Below, one piece after another: positions 1 through 13,811 of a stretch of DNA of 37,134 nt; the first letter of the stretch is position 1, and each line of letters starts with the position of its first letter. Origin of the DNA: Octopus sinensis. Lineage: Eukaryota. The DNA lies in NCBI RefSeq assembly GCF_006345805.1, contig NW_021836811.1:1-37134 (forward strand). Reading direction: 5' to 3'. The notes below the pieces were generated by a model. That model ran no database searches and had not been told where the DNA came from. It was given only the letters and a program-made list of their open reading frames with translations. The position numbers and the translations under genes were made by a program.

Positions 1-363
1 AACACCTAATTATTAGCGAACATTATTATGCCGTCTTAATTGATCAGGTCTCAGCTGTTTTTAGATTCGTTTAACAAATTTTCGGCACTAAATGGAAAGT
101 TCTGACAAACAGACGTAGAAATATAGATAGAAATAGGAGTGTAACACCGGAACGTAATCATTCATAAGAAAAAAAAATCGAAAACAAAAATGGCGTACGA
201 GCTTATGCTTCGTATAGAAACACGTCTGCGTAAGGCTATATGTATGGGTGCATGTGTGATTATGTGTATGTGTATGTGCATGACTGTGTGAATGTATGGG
301 CACACATGTTTGTGTGTGTGTGTAAATCTATATATACAAATATGTATACTATGTATGTAGCAT

Positions 364-405
<42 letters not shown>

Positions 406-1315
406 ATATATAGAGAGTTGTGTGTGTGAGAGAGAGAGAGAGTTAGACAGATAGACAGATAGAAAGATAGATAGATACGTATATATACATATACGTATAT
501 ATATATATATACAGAGAGAGAGATATATACATATATATGTATATATGTATGTATACATATATATTATATGTATAAACTTATACATATGCATATACATACA
601 CACATATATATATACATACCTACATATGCATATACACACATATATACATATACATTGGGATATATATATACCCATGCATATATGTGTATGCATGTATGTA
701 TGTATATTTACATAAGATTATACATGCACACAAATATATAGACTGACAGAGTTATAAAACACTCACAGCCACACACACACACAAGGAAGCACACACTCAC
801 ATAATCATACAAAAGCATACACACACACACACACACTTGATAAAATACATTTATTGAAGCTCGAGTAAATATACGCTTCCTCGCAAATGTAAGGCGCGTT
901 AAAGACCAAAACTCCATGGCCGGCTTTATATTTCGCTAATATTCATTATCTGTGTCTCAAAAGAGACTTATTCCCAAGAGGACAGACATCGTGATTAAAT
1001 ATCACACGAACATAACAACATCATTGCGAACACTGGCACCGATGTGCGGTTTAGCAAGGCTGCGTGCAAGTTCTCGCTTTCTTACTTCGTGGATGTTTTT
1101 TAGAGAATAAAAAAATTGATTTACTGGTTCAAACCTCATTCGATATTATTTTGTCTGCCATCTTGTACTCGATATTATGTACTTTACATCATGTACTTGA
1201 AACTTCCTGTGACAGCGTTTTATGTGGTCACTTCTCAGGCTACAAATCTCAGACGTCTTGTTTTGTTTCGTTTTGTTTTTTTAATATAATTGTACCAATT
1301 TGCAGTTCTCCGTAA

Positions 1316-1479
1316 GGCGAAGGCGTAGATATGTGGTAAGAAACTTGCTTCCGAACCACATGGTTCCGAGTTCAGTCCCACTGCATGGCACCTTGGGCAT
1401 GTGTCTTCTAGTATAAGCTCAGGCCGACCAAAGCCTTGTGAGTAGATTTGGTAGGCAGAAACTGAAAGAAGCCCTAGTC

Positions 1480-1480
<1 letters not shown>
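1316..1480 (+). mobile_element. tRNA-derived SINE family B, 5' part
   Basis: Matches the copies at 20561 and 37015 (GTGGTAAG...GGTTCCGAGTTCAGTCCCACTGC...AAAGCCTTGTGAGT...GAAACTGAAAGAAGCCC) and ends in (TA)n. Confidence 0.85.
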
Positions 1481-1514
<34 letters not shown>

Positions 1515-1857
1515 AGATCCAAGGATCGAGGTGTAGGAAGAAGGTTAGCTTCAAACAAACCGTAGTAAATATAAAAAACAACTTTTAGTGGTTTATTGAG
1601 ACGGAGTTTTGTGGATTTTTTTTTACTTATCAAAGTACGATAAACTGAGTAAAGTTATTTTTATATTTCACGGTAGGCAGCTAGGGTTGCCGCCAATGAG
1701 AATCAGAATACAAGAGTAAAGGAATGGAGTAGATAAGATCCGGGCCATATATGTTTCATAGTGATATGTTTGTTCCTTCTCGAGTCACGCCTTGTTCAGA
1801 AGGGCTGGTTTTACGCCAAGCTCGCCACCGTAATAATAATAAAAATAATAATAATAA

Positions 1858-2057
1858 TGGTTTCAAAGTTTTCCACAAGGGCAACCATTTTGTGGTAGGG
1901 TATAAGACGTTTATATGGACCCCAGTGTGTGTCACTGGTACTTAATTTATCGACCCCGATCGGATGATCGGCAAGGTCGATGCCGGCGGAATTTGAACTC
2001 AGAAAATAGCTAAGCATTTTGTCCAGCGTGCTAACGATTCTGCCAGATCGCCGCCTT
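1858..2057 (-). mobile_element. SINE family A
   Basis: Reverse complement of the AGGCGGCGAGCTGGCAGAA...CTGAGTTCAAATTCCGCC...GGGGTCGATAAATTAAGTACCAG core that recurs many times in the window. Confidence 0.85.
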
Positions 2058-2151
2058 AACAATAATAAAAATACTAATAATAATAATAATACCGACAGCA
2101 AAAGCAATAACAATACGTTTACAACAAAACAAACAATAAATCAAACAAATT

Positions 2152-2183
<32 letters not shown>

Positions 2184-2405
2184 GTATGTATGCATGTATA
2201 TATATATATATATATATACATACATACCCCATACTTAACTCCTTTAGCTTCACTCTAAATCACCCAAGACCTTCAAATATTTCAAACCTATCGGGAAATA
2301 TATCAATGATTTATTATATTGATCTCTATCTGTATAATTCATATAATTCAACACTTATATTTCTAAATCTTTATATGCATATACAGATGTGTGTGTGAGT
2401 GTACA

Positions 2406-2406
<1 letters not shown>

Positions 2407-2473
<67 letters not shown>
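2407..2473. repeat. (ATCT)n microsatellite
   Basis: Pure tetranucleotide run. Confidence 0.95.
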
Positions 2474-2474
<1 letters not shown>

Positions 2475-2707
2475 GCCTGTCTGTCTGTTTGTCTACTTAT
2501 CTAACTATGTGTGTATGTTTGTGTGTGGGTGTTATATACTACATACACATTTAAATTGCACACACAGATATCATATATCATAAATATACATATATACATA
2601 TATATATATATACACATAATATATAGATAGATAGATAGATAGATAGATACATACATACATTACATACATACATACAAACATACATATATAATGTATGTAT
2701 GTGTGTG

Positions 2708-2797
<90 letters not shown>

Positions 2798-3070
2798 AAT
2801 ACACATACACACACTCACACGCATACATGACAGCGCACACGCGCCTATATTCGCTGGTTCAGTCCGTATACGGTGTCTCGCTATTTAATCTACCTTCCAT
2901 TCTGCTGATATATTGTTTTAAATAGCTTTCATTTTTGTTGTTTTATGACAAAGATATTGATCTGACGTTAATGTTGCTGCTATTGTTGTTGATGTACTTC
3001 TTATCTCACAAATTATCTGTTCGACAGCAGCGGAATAATTTATATACATATACTATACGTACGCACATGT

Positions 3071-3111
<41 letters not shown>

Positions 3112-3133
3112 TTGGATGTGTGTGGTTATTCGT

Positions 3134-3200
3134 GGGGTGGCGTAGTTTAGTCGATAGCTCGAAGTTCGCTAGATCGTCAGTTCGAATCTTCTAAACGCGG
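3134..3200 (+). mobile_element. Degenerate tRNA-like SINE head
   Basis: A-box-like TGGCGTAGTTTAGTCG and B-box GTTCGAATC (3180-3188); no complete cloverleaf; downstream extent unclear. Confidence 0.4.
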
Positions 3201-3477
3201 CATGTCCACATCCTGTGACAGACGTTCCATTACCCATTGTACGGCACTGCAGAAAATATGTACCAGTCTAATAATCTTGCAAACTGCCCTTCCCCAAGGT
3301 GTTACATGACCGATGCTCTGCTGTGTCTAGGTGTCTGGAGTGTTTCTCTACTCGCGACTAAACGGGAAGTTAATATAGCGAAAGCAAGCAGTGTGATTCA
3401 ACGTACCGTTATACTGGGGTGAGATTTAATGGCAAATATGTGTGTGTGTGTGTGTGTATGTGTGTGTGTGTGTGTGT

Positions 3478-3762
3478 GGAGGCACATGGCCTAGTGGTTA
3501 GAGCAGCAGATTCGCGGTCGAGGTATGGTGAGTTCGAATCTCAGAACGGGCGATGTGAATGTTTATGAGCGAAACACCTAAGCTTCGGCAGAAGGTAATG
3601 GCGAACTTCTGCTGACTCTTTCGCCACAACTTTCTCTCACTCTTTCCTCCTGCATCTTGCAGCTCACCTGCGACGCACCGGCGTCCCGTCCAGGCGGGGA
3701 ACCTATACGCCAAGGAAACCGGCCCTTATGAGCCAGGCGTGGCTCGACAAGGAACAAACAAA
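3478..3762 (+). mobile_element. tRNA-derived SINE family C
   Basis: GGAGGCACATGGCCTAGTGGTTAGAGC...GTTCGAATCTCAG head with pol III A/B boxes; body matches the copies at 18932 and 26258. Confidence 0.9.
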
Positions 3763-4269
3763 CCACTATTTTCATGTTTAAATAATATAACTCATATTTG
3801 CAACCACAGACACTTTTCTCGGATGATGTTGTCATCGTGGCGTCATCCTCACGCCAAAAACCCTCCAGTTTCGTATAACACGTTATCATCGCAATATTTT
3901 GCAAATAGCTTATTTGAACCAATACCCACTCCGCGTGAGCTGCCTGCCGCTCTCTTCTTTTCCTCTTCTGCTCCTCCCTGCAACTCCATTTTGTAATTCT
4001 CCGAATTTGTCAGCCCAGCAGCAGTTTCTAAAGTATCTGATGAGATCAACTTTTAAGAACACCCAACTTTTCTCAGATGCTAGTCCACCTTCATATGTAG
4101 GAGCCTAAACTTTAATGTTAATGAGTGAAACTAAAAGTGTTCGCCGTTTGTGGCAGAGTTAAGTGTTTTTTCCCTCAATAGACCCAGTCAAAATACCACT
4201 CTAAATGCACGCCAACACTAAATCCACATAATTTGATTGGTGTATTTTCCACGATCACTGCTATAAGTT

Positions 4270-4391
4270 ATGTTTGTCCTCTCTGTGTGGATCGTAAAGA
4301 AATGGGTATTTCGTGTGCCGTTACGTTCTGAGTTCAAATTCCGCCGAGGTCGACTTTGCCTTTCATCCTTTCAGGGTCGATAAATTAAGTA
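4270..4391 (+). mobile_element. SINE family A fragment with tail-to-internal junction
   Basis: Tail motif GTAAAGAAAT is joined directly to the internal GGTATTTCGT...GTTCAAATTCCGCCGAGGTCGAC core. Confidence 0.8.
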
Positions 4392-5017
4392 GAAGTACAT
4401 TTGTCGGCTCTTATTTATTGATCTTTCTATTATTACTGTTTTTCTTGATACTACAAGAAAAGTTATTATTATTATGTTAAGAATTTGTTACCATTGCAAT
4501 TGTATTTATTGTCGTGGTGACTCCTGCTGTTGTTTTCGCTGTTAGTGTTTCAGTAAATTCTGTTTCAGTTGTTCTTATCTTTTGTTCTTTTTTCGTTTGC
4601 TTTTTTCTTTACTTCTGTTTCTGTTGTTGTTGTTGTTGTTTATTCTTTTATGCTGCCGTTGTTTTGTTATTGCTACTATATTCTTGCTGTTGTTTATCTT
4701 CTTCCTCTGTTGCTCTTGTTGTTCTTATTGCTATAGTTGTTGTTTTTTTGTTGTAGTTGTTATTTTTTTTTACTTTAGCTGCAGCGTAATGGAACACACA
4801 GTAGTTGTTCTTACGATTGTTGCTGTTGTTGCTGCAGCTATACTTAAAATTTTCAAAGTTTTACTATCTCTATAATCACATTTATATTTATCATTTTCAA
4901 GAAGAAAAATAATAATAATAAATATTTTATATCGCATAAAATAACTTAGTCTTCAAATTTTTTCAAAAATTCAACACCATTATTTATTTATTCATTTATT
5001 TTCTTATTTATTTATTT

Positions 5018-5085
5018 ATGTGTTCATCATCATCATCATCATTATTGTTATTACTATTGTTAAGATAATAATAATAATAATAATA

Positions 5086-5117
<32 letters not shown>

Positions 5118-5186
5118 CACCAGCAGCAGCATCATGATTGTTATTTTTATCATTGATGATGATGATAATGATGATATTGTTGTTAA

Positions 5187-5240
<54 letters not shown>

Positions 5241-5447
5241 TGAAGATAATGATGATGATGATGATGATGATAATAATAATAATAATGATAATAATAATAA
5301 TAATGATAATAATAATGATAATAATGATGATAATGATAATAATGATGATAATAATAATAATAATAATAATAATGATGATGATGATGATAATAATAATAAT
5401 AATAATAATAACAATAATAATAATAATGATGATGATGATGATGATAA
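5018..5447. repeat. Compound (CAT/AAT/TAT/GAT)n trinucleotide microsatellite
   Basis: Directly visible; explains the poly-I/N/D/L/M ORFs at 5008-5778. Confidence 0.95.
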
Positions 5448-5655
5448 TCAATTCCAATTCCAAAGTTTTGTTTTAATCCGCGCTTCTTTCTCGCTGGCAC
5501 TCCACCCCCACCCTCCGCCTTCCACGATCGACTTCGCCATTTTTATTGAATTCTACAATTGCACAGTTCCAATTCCTTCATCCCCGCAATCACTTCCCGT
5601 ACCTACCAGAGCCATTCCATTCCAATTGCATTTATACATCACTAATTCTCTCCTT

Positions 5656-5705
<50 letters not shown>

Positions 5706-6171
5706 CACACACACACACACACACACACACACAATTATACATATTCTATCAAGTGTTTCTATGATAATTTCCTCTTGATTATTTCAGATCCCTAACTATA
5801 TTTCTGCTCATACCTCCTCCAGCCCCAACATCTCTTCCACCGCCTTTTCCTAAGCTCCTTCCACCATGCATATTACACTCTCTCTCACTCTCACGCCATC
5901 CCGATCCCCCCCGTTCTTCGTGCTCCCCTCATCCCTTCTCCGCATCCTGTTTCTCTATCTCATTGTTCTATCATATTTTATGACAAACACAAATGCACAT
6001 TATGATATACATGTAATGCTTACCAATGTGTGCGCGCGCGCGCGCGTGTGTGTGTGTGTTTGTGAGTGCGTATTTGTGTGTTTATATATGCGTATTTCGG
6101 CGTATAAGTCTGTGTTAGTACTGAAATGCATGATACATGTGTGTGGATATTTGTGTGTATATATATAAAAC

Positions 6172-6202
<31 letters not shown>

Positions 6203-6316
6203 ATATTATATATATACATATATATATGTATGTATATATATATATATATATACATATATATATGTATGTATATATATATATATATATAATATATATATAT
6301 ACACATATATATATGC

Positions 6317-6356
<40 letters not shown>

Positions 6357-8125
6357 CTTATATATATATATACATACGAGCAAACATATATGTATATACC
6401 AGTGTGTGTATATATATATATATATGCAGGTGTACATATTTCCATAAATCCATACACGTGCATGAATGCATGCATACACAAATACATACACTCATACATA
6501 CATACATACATACATACATACATACATACATACATACATACATACATACTTGCAGATGCTTGCATACAGGCTTACATAAATCTATCTAAATATAAATATG
6601 TGAATATAAACTTTCCGCTATAAATATTCCCGATATAATGCAATCAATGCTTATATAAAAAAAAATCTGTTTTATGTGTATGTATAGAATGTACCGTTTA
6701 TGTACGCATAACATTATTATTTATACATGTGTGTGTGTGTCTGTGTCTGCATGCATTGTATCATCTATGTGTGTGTGTGCGTGTGTGGCTGTGTGTGTGT
6801 GTGTGTGTGTGTGTATGTAGCATTTATCATTCATATACGCGTGTGTAATATGTATCACTTTTCGGAAAGATTGCAGCAAAGATAATCAGATAAAAATCTG
6901 AGCTGGATGCAATAAATGAAAAAAATATCAAATTTATTTATATATTTAACGGAATCTATATTTTCTTTCTATTCTTCATAAACCACGATCAAATGTGAGA
7001 TACGAAACAACTGACTGGAATTGTAGTCTAGAAATGTCTAAACAGAAAACAAAAGAAGACTAAAGTTTCAAACGTGGAAAACACGAATTGACAGATAAAC
7101 ATCGCATGATGTTTCTAAATGATATTTGTCTGAAAGTAACGTTGACTTTGAATCAATTCTCTCTTAATATTTGCCTCTTAAACTAAAACTTAAAACTTAT
7201 CGCATTCGCATCTATTATTTCAAGACAAATAAAAAAAAGGTTTGTGTGAGTATCTGGGTGACGGGGGTGCGGAGTAACTGCAATATTTTGTACGAAACAA
7301 CCGACATACGGTAAACTCAACAACACCACCACCGTTACAATGTAAATATATATTTATGTATGTGCGTGTGCGCGCGTGCTTGAATATGTGTACTTATAAA
7401 TGTGTGAGATATGTATGTGTATTTATGTGTGTACATGTGTGTGTGTATAAATCCTGTATATTGAACCATTTTTCAAGAATAGAATTTAAGGACTTTTAAA
7501 TGTCCCGAACGGAGTAACATAAAGAGGGGTTTTTCATGTAGTTTTCACCCATGCTTTTCAATATAGACTTATACGATCTCCCAACGTCTTCTTAAATTAC
7601 ACAGACAACCTTATAAGACAGGAGATATCATACTCAATTCTACTCATTATTCTCCAGACTCAGCTGCGCACCTATTCTAACATTACTGTATTTTTTGGGT
7701 ATCCTGATTCTACTGCAAGAGACTTTGAGTAGCAACTTCCAAATCGCTGTCTCGCTCGCTTCTAAACAGCAGCGCTTGAGAACTTTAGTAACAATTAAAC
7801 AAGCACTCAACAACATAAATATAATGCATACACACACACACACACATAGGTACACGCACACATACACACATGCATACACACAAACACAAAAACAAACACT
7901 CACACATAAACACACAAACACACACAGATACACATGCTCACACACTCAAACACGCACACATTCACGAAAGAAGCAAAATTGGTAAATGTTAAACACATCT
8001 CCGAAAATTCTACAGGGATCATAGTAAGGAAGAAGAAACTTAACACAAACATGCTTAATGTACGTGACACCTCTAGCTAGCCCTCCCCTCCCAAAAAAAG
8101 GGTCTCCTTAAGTGTTTAGAGTCAC

Positions 8126-8554
8126 AATGGTTTCAAATTTTGGCGCAAGGCTGGGAGTTTCTGGGCAGGAAGTAGATCGATTACATCGACCCCTGCGCTC
8201 AAGTGGTTCTTATTTTTTCGACTCCGAAAGAGTGAGAGGCGAAGTCGACCGTGGTGGAATCTGACGGATTAAATGACGCTACTCATTTTGTCCGGCGTTC
8301 TAACGAATCTGGCCACTCACCGCCAAGAGATCTACAGTAATGATCATTTCTGCTATAGGCACAAGTCCTGAAATTTTGGGGCCGCGAATGTCGATTACAT
8401 CGACCCCAGTTTTCAACCGGTACTTGCATTATGGACTGCGAAAGAATGAAAGGCAAAGTCGACCTGTGCGGCAATTGAACTCAGAACGTAAAGACGGACG
8501 AAATGACGATAATCATTTTGACCGGTATGCTAACGATTCTTCCACTTCACCGCC
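8126..8554 (-). mobile_element. Two tandem degenerate SINE family A copies (8126-8324, 8345-8554)
   Basis: Each has the TCGATTACATCGACCCC...AAAGTCGAC...TTGAACTCAG or equivalent core and ends in CTAACGA...CGCC. Confidence 0.8.
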
Positions 8555-8792
8555 CTAAGAATAATGTAATCCATGTAGGGATACACAAACATAGTAAGCA
8601 AAAAGCATAAATTGTTTAGCGATGTTGAAATCTGGATTAACATCAATGTATGAAAAAGTAATTTCATCTTCCTAACAAATACAAACCGAAAGTGATGGCA
8701 GGGACGGATGTAGGATTAAATTTGAAACCAGAACGATAGATAATCCCTTACACTAATATAATCCCTCGTTCGCTAGAGAGGCCTTATAAGAC

Positions 8793-9000
8793 TGAAACAT
8801 ACATAGAGGGGACAAACCAGGACAGACAAAGGGATTAAGTTGATTACATCGACCTCAGTGCGTAACTGGTACTTTATTTATCGACCCCGAAAGGATGAAA
8901 GGCAAAGTCGACCTCGGCGGAATTTGAACTCAGAACGTAATGCCAGACGAAATACGGCTACGCATTTCGCCCGGCGTGCTAACGTTTCTGCCAGCTAGCT
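8793..9000 (-). mobile_element. SINE family A
   Basis: Near-full reverse complement of the 9724-9951 copy. Confidence 0.9.
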
Positions 9001-9602
9001 TCCTTGTAGAGAGGAAAGAATGAAATTAGAGTCCTGTCCTCGTTGGAACACGTTTGAACTTGGGTGTACTCGTTTGAGACTGACCTACTTCTTCAAAATA
9101 CCTGCGACAGCAACATTAAATGAATACATACCCCCTGCTCTAATTAACTAATTTCGGAAACGATTAATTAATCTTAGAAGCTTAACGATTTTAAACAGAA
9201 ATACTCCTTTTAATTCGATATGAATGAGTACATGAGGTGATACGGTTGCATGTGTGTATCTGTAATAATGTCTTTGTCAGTATGCGTGTGTATGTGTGTA
9301 TGTAAATGTATGTGTGTGCTTGTGTGTGAGAGAGAGCGAGTGTGTGAATGCATATATATATATGTATGTGCGCATGTTGTGTGTATGTTTGAACGTTGAC
9401 TATATATAAGTATAAATATTAATTCTGAAACAACGTAAAACCATAAAATGTAAGAGAGGTACAAATTTCGCTTCGGATATTTGAGTGTATATATATATAT
9501 ATACATATCTTTGTTATTTAGTGTATCTATGTATACTATTATCTTTACGTGGATATGCTTACATATATGTGTGTGTGTGTGTATGTGTGAGTGTGTATAT
9601 GC

Positions 9603-9720
<118 letters not shown>

Positions 9721-9723
9721 CGT

Positions 9724-9951
9724 AGGCGGCGAGCTGGCAGAAACGTTAGCATGCCGGGCGGAATGCTTAGCGGTATTTTGTCTGCCGCTACGTTCTGAGT
9801 TCAAATTCCGCCGAGGTCGACTTTGCCTTCATCCTTTCGGGGTCGATAAATTAAGTACCAGTTCACTGGGGTCGATGTAATCGACTTAATCCGTTTGTCT
9901 GTCCTTATTTGTCCCGTCTGTGTTTAGCCCCTTGTGGGTAGTAAAGAAATA
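9724..9951 (+). mobile_element. SINE family A, full length
   Basis: AGGCGGCGAGCTGGCAGAAACGTTAGC through AGCCCCTTGTGGGTAGTAAAGAAATA; flanked by TA/TG microsatellites. Confidence 0.9.
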
Positions 9952-10003
9952 TATATATATGTGCGTGTGTGTGTATGTGTGGGTGTGAATATGCATGTAT
10001 ATA

Positions 10004-10080
<77 letters not shown>

Positions 10081-10500
10081 AATTCTCAAACGCAGGATAA
10101 TGCCAATAATATGGCCTGAACAGGATAAGCTACCCCTATTTTGGAGAAAAAAGTGTTGGCAGCCGGCTATGAGACTCGAACTCACACCTCCGTGATTACG
10201 CGTCGCGGTGCTCTGAGAAGAAATCTCAACGCTTCTAAAGCAAACTTTGTTTACGTTCATCGTAATTTGAATTTAACGTTATGATAGTGTCTCATAAAGC
10301 GAGATTTCTATATATCTTAAATTTGCGGAAGAATTTGTGGTATGGGCGGTTTAGCTTAATTGGCTCAGAGCACCGCGACGCGTAATCACGAACGTGTGAG
10401 TTCAAGTCTCATAGCTGGCTGCCAACACTTTTTTCTGCAAAATAGGGTTAGCTTATCCTGTTCAGGCTATATTATCATCATTATTCCGCGCTTGAGAATT
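10081..10500. repeat. Inverted pair of tRNA-derived SINE-like segments (10081-10217 minus, 10344-10500 plus)
   Basis: Arms of about 137 bp are mutual reverse complements. The plus copy has a tRNA-like head (AGCTTAATTGG...GTGAGTTCAAGTCTCA). Confidence 0.85.
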
Positions 10501-10597
10501 TAAAATCACTTCTTTAACTTTCTAAGACATCGCAACGCTTCTAAAGCAAACATCGTTTGTATGTTTACGTTCATCGTAATTTGAATTTTATATATAT

Positions 10598-11285
10598 AAA
10601 ATTAAGAGGAATGACCACCAAAGTGGACTCCTAATATGCTAGATATAGAAGTCAAATCGTCTAACCACTTCATGAAAAAAAAATTCAGCAAAACGTCAGA
10701 ATGTAAAAATGAGCAAGACAAATGAAAATATACGAAATAAAAAACGTTTAACTGCGTACCAGGCTCATCAGCGTAGTCTGTCGTTTACAAAACAATTTCC
10801 AGAACGAGAGAGTTTTGCAAATTATATTTGGTGTATTTTTCAAATGCCTTCATTTTCGCGCGCTGAGGCCGGAAATGACTCTGCAGTTAATAAACTTCTG
10901 CAGCTAATTTACCGGTTAGAGAACATCGTTATTTAAAAATTAAATAATGAGGTTAGAAATTGATATGAATGAATTAAAACCAGAGGCTTAGTATATTTAA
11001 AAAATCCGAAGATTAACAACTATAGTACATACAAAATTAAGAGGAATGACCACCAAAGTGGACTCATTTTCGCATTCTGGCGTTTTGTTGAATTTTTTTT
11101 CTTGAGAACACACTCTTCGTGGTTAGGCGATTTGATGTCTATATCTAGCATATTAGGAGTCCACTTTGGTGGTCATTCCTCTTAATTTTGTATGTAACAT
11201 AATTTTTAATCTTCGAATTTTTTAAATATGCTAAGCCACTGCTTTTAATTGATTAATCTCAATTTCTACCCTCATTATTTAATTT
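10598..11285. repeat. Nested direct/inverted repeat complex (A-B...C-A-B'-A'-C')
   Basis: AAAATTAAGAGGAATGACCACCAAAGTGGACTC occurs at 10598 and about 11033 and in reverse complement at 11157-11189; flanking blocks are also mirrored. Confidence 0.85.
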
Positions 11286-12314
11286 ATATATATATCTATA
11301 TATATATAAAACTCAACTTGTGTGTCTGTGTGTGTATCTGTGTGTGTGTGTGTGTCTGTGTGTTTAACTTCCCTTTGTGAGCGGATGTGTCGATTTGGTA
11401 AAAAAGAAAATAAAAGAAGTACGTTGTGTGCATATTCGCATGTGTGGTGTTGTGTGTGTGTGTGTATGCGTATGTCCGCACAACCGCTTCACATTCGGTG
11501 TTGGTTTGTTTACGTTTCCCGGAACTATTCGGCAAAACGAATACAATACAGTAAGTACCGAGCTTAAACAATAAGTACTAATGTTGATTTCTTCAACTAA
11601 ACCTTTGAAGGCGGAGCACCAGAATGCCCGTAGTCTCATGACTGACAACGAAAAGAACGCATAATCCGTGCCGGTGTAGTATGTGATCTACATGCTATTG
11701 TGGCCTACAACAACTTAAATCTAGTGATCTACATTCAAAACTTTGTTATAAATTAGCAATTATAATTAGAGGAGTGAGTTAAACATTTAACAAGCCCCAT
11801 CATGAACACAAAACGTAATGGCTACTCTACCATTTCTTTATAAGTAACAGACTCGATCGATAGAACTAGTTCCCAGCTTTCTTACCTGAGAGATTTGTAG
11901 TTTATATCGTGTAATAGTGTAATAGCGTATACCAATTCGGGGTTTGCTAAAATGGCCCACTTAATTTGCATAGGAATTCGTGCACAAGTTAATAAATAAT
12001 TAGTAATGAACTAGACAGCATGTTTTCATAATTTGTAACATAATTTAAGTTTACACATACTGGCTAAAATTATATTTGTACTGAAAAATTCATACTTAAT
12101 ATTATATCTCACATTTTACAGAAATCGTTGTGTAGGGCATTATGAAACACACACACATGCATTATACATATTTATATATATATATATATATATATTGGGG
12201 AGGTTGTGCGGGTATATGTATGTATATATCATACATTTCTATATTTATATATATGCATGAAGGCACGCACATTCATTATACACCCCTACACATACCATAT
12301 TATACATATATACA

Positions 12315-12351
<37 letters not shown>

Positions 12352-12475
12352 GACAATATAATTTATATATATATATATATAAATTTATATATGTATATCT
12401 ATATACATTTATTTTTTAATTTATATACGTATATTATATATGCATATATTTTTTTAATTTACGCACACACACATC

Positions 12476-12518
<43 letters not shown>

Positions 12519-12879
12519 TATATTATATATATATATATGTAGGTAGGTAGGTATATAAAAGCTAGCATTACTGTATACATTATATATATGGAGTGACAGG
12601 AACCTTTCTTATTAAATGCGATAAAAATTGTTTTAATTAAAGCTTTTAATTAGATCCAAATTTCAACTAATTTTGAATTGAGGAAATGTAGACTTGATGG
12701 AGCCGAAGTTAATTGATATTAAATGAGCGGTATGATTGAAGTAAGATGTCAACTGACGGCAATGCTGATCAAAAGTTCAAACTTCCTTTTGTCTAATTAG
12801 TTTCCACGGGTACATTTGCTTTCAAAGATCTATTCAATGTTACTCGATTCAATTTCTTTCCGTCTCGATATTATTTAAT

Positions 12880-12947
12880 ATTACTCTGACTATTATTATT
12901 TTTATCTTTATCATTATTATTATTATTGTTATTATCATCATTATTAA

Positions 12948-12987
<40 letters not shown>

Positions 12988-12990
12988 ATT

Positions 12991-13025
<35 letters not shown>

Positions 13026-13072
13026 CATTGTTATTATTGTTACTACTATTACTATTATTATTATTACTATTA

Positions 13073-13118
<46 letters not shown>

Positions 13119-13145
13119 CATTATTACTACTACTATTATTATTAC

Positions 13146-13181
<36 letters not shown>

Positions 13182-13229
13182 CATTATTATTATTATTACT
13201 GCTACTACTATTATTATTATTATTATTAC

Positions 13230-13273
<44 letters not shown>

Positions 13274-13395
13274 GCATTAGAATTGTTAGAATTACTGCTT
13301 TGTTATTGTTGTTATTGCGGCTGTTGTTGTTGTTGTTGTTGTTGTTGTTGCGGCTGCTGCTGTTGTTGTTGTTGTTGACGTCGTTGTTGTTGTTA
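12880..13395. repeat. (ATT)n/(ACT)n then (GTT)n microsatellite
   Basis: Directly visible; explains the poly-I and poly-L/C ORFs. Confidence 0.95.
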
Positions 13396-13747
13396 AGAGG
13401 CGTCTGATTTAAGATTATTCTGTAGTCAACTTTGCCATTAGTTTACTCAAGGTCGACGATAAAATTACTCGTTGACATACTGCGGTCAGTAATAACGATT
13501 CTACCCTTGGCACCCCGCCGCCATTCAAAATGTGATTTCTACAGATATTATAAACCGTTCTATGCAGATGTTAGAAATAATTGCCAACGGTACTTAAATT
13601 GGTTTACAGAGAAATATACATATATATATGTATTTTTAAATATTCCATACATATACATGAATACATATGTACACACATGCACCACACCCATACATACATA
13701 CATATAGATATTACATTATACATATATATGCACACATATATACATAT

Positions 13748-13811
<64 letters not shown>

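Noticed and set aside
3805-3925. RT-like motifs LFSDDVVIVA (plus) and FAKYCDDNVL (minus)
   Set aside because: Isolated short matches on opposite strands, with nearby stops and no other RT motifs.
4035-4060. CTGATGA as a hammerhead core
   Set aside because: No stem II, no GAAA and no flanking stem I.
3923-4103. Minus-strand open frame APTYEGGLASEKSWVFLKVDLIRYFRNCCWADKF...YWFK* after a TTTAG
   Set aside because: Weak polypyrimidine tract and no recognisable homology; cannot be supported without expression data.
10344-10420. tRNA-like sequence as a real tRNA gene
   Set aside because: The acceptor and anticodon stems pair poorly and it continues into a repeat body present twice; it is a SINE head.
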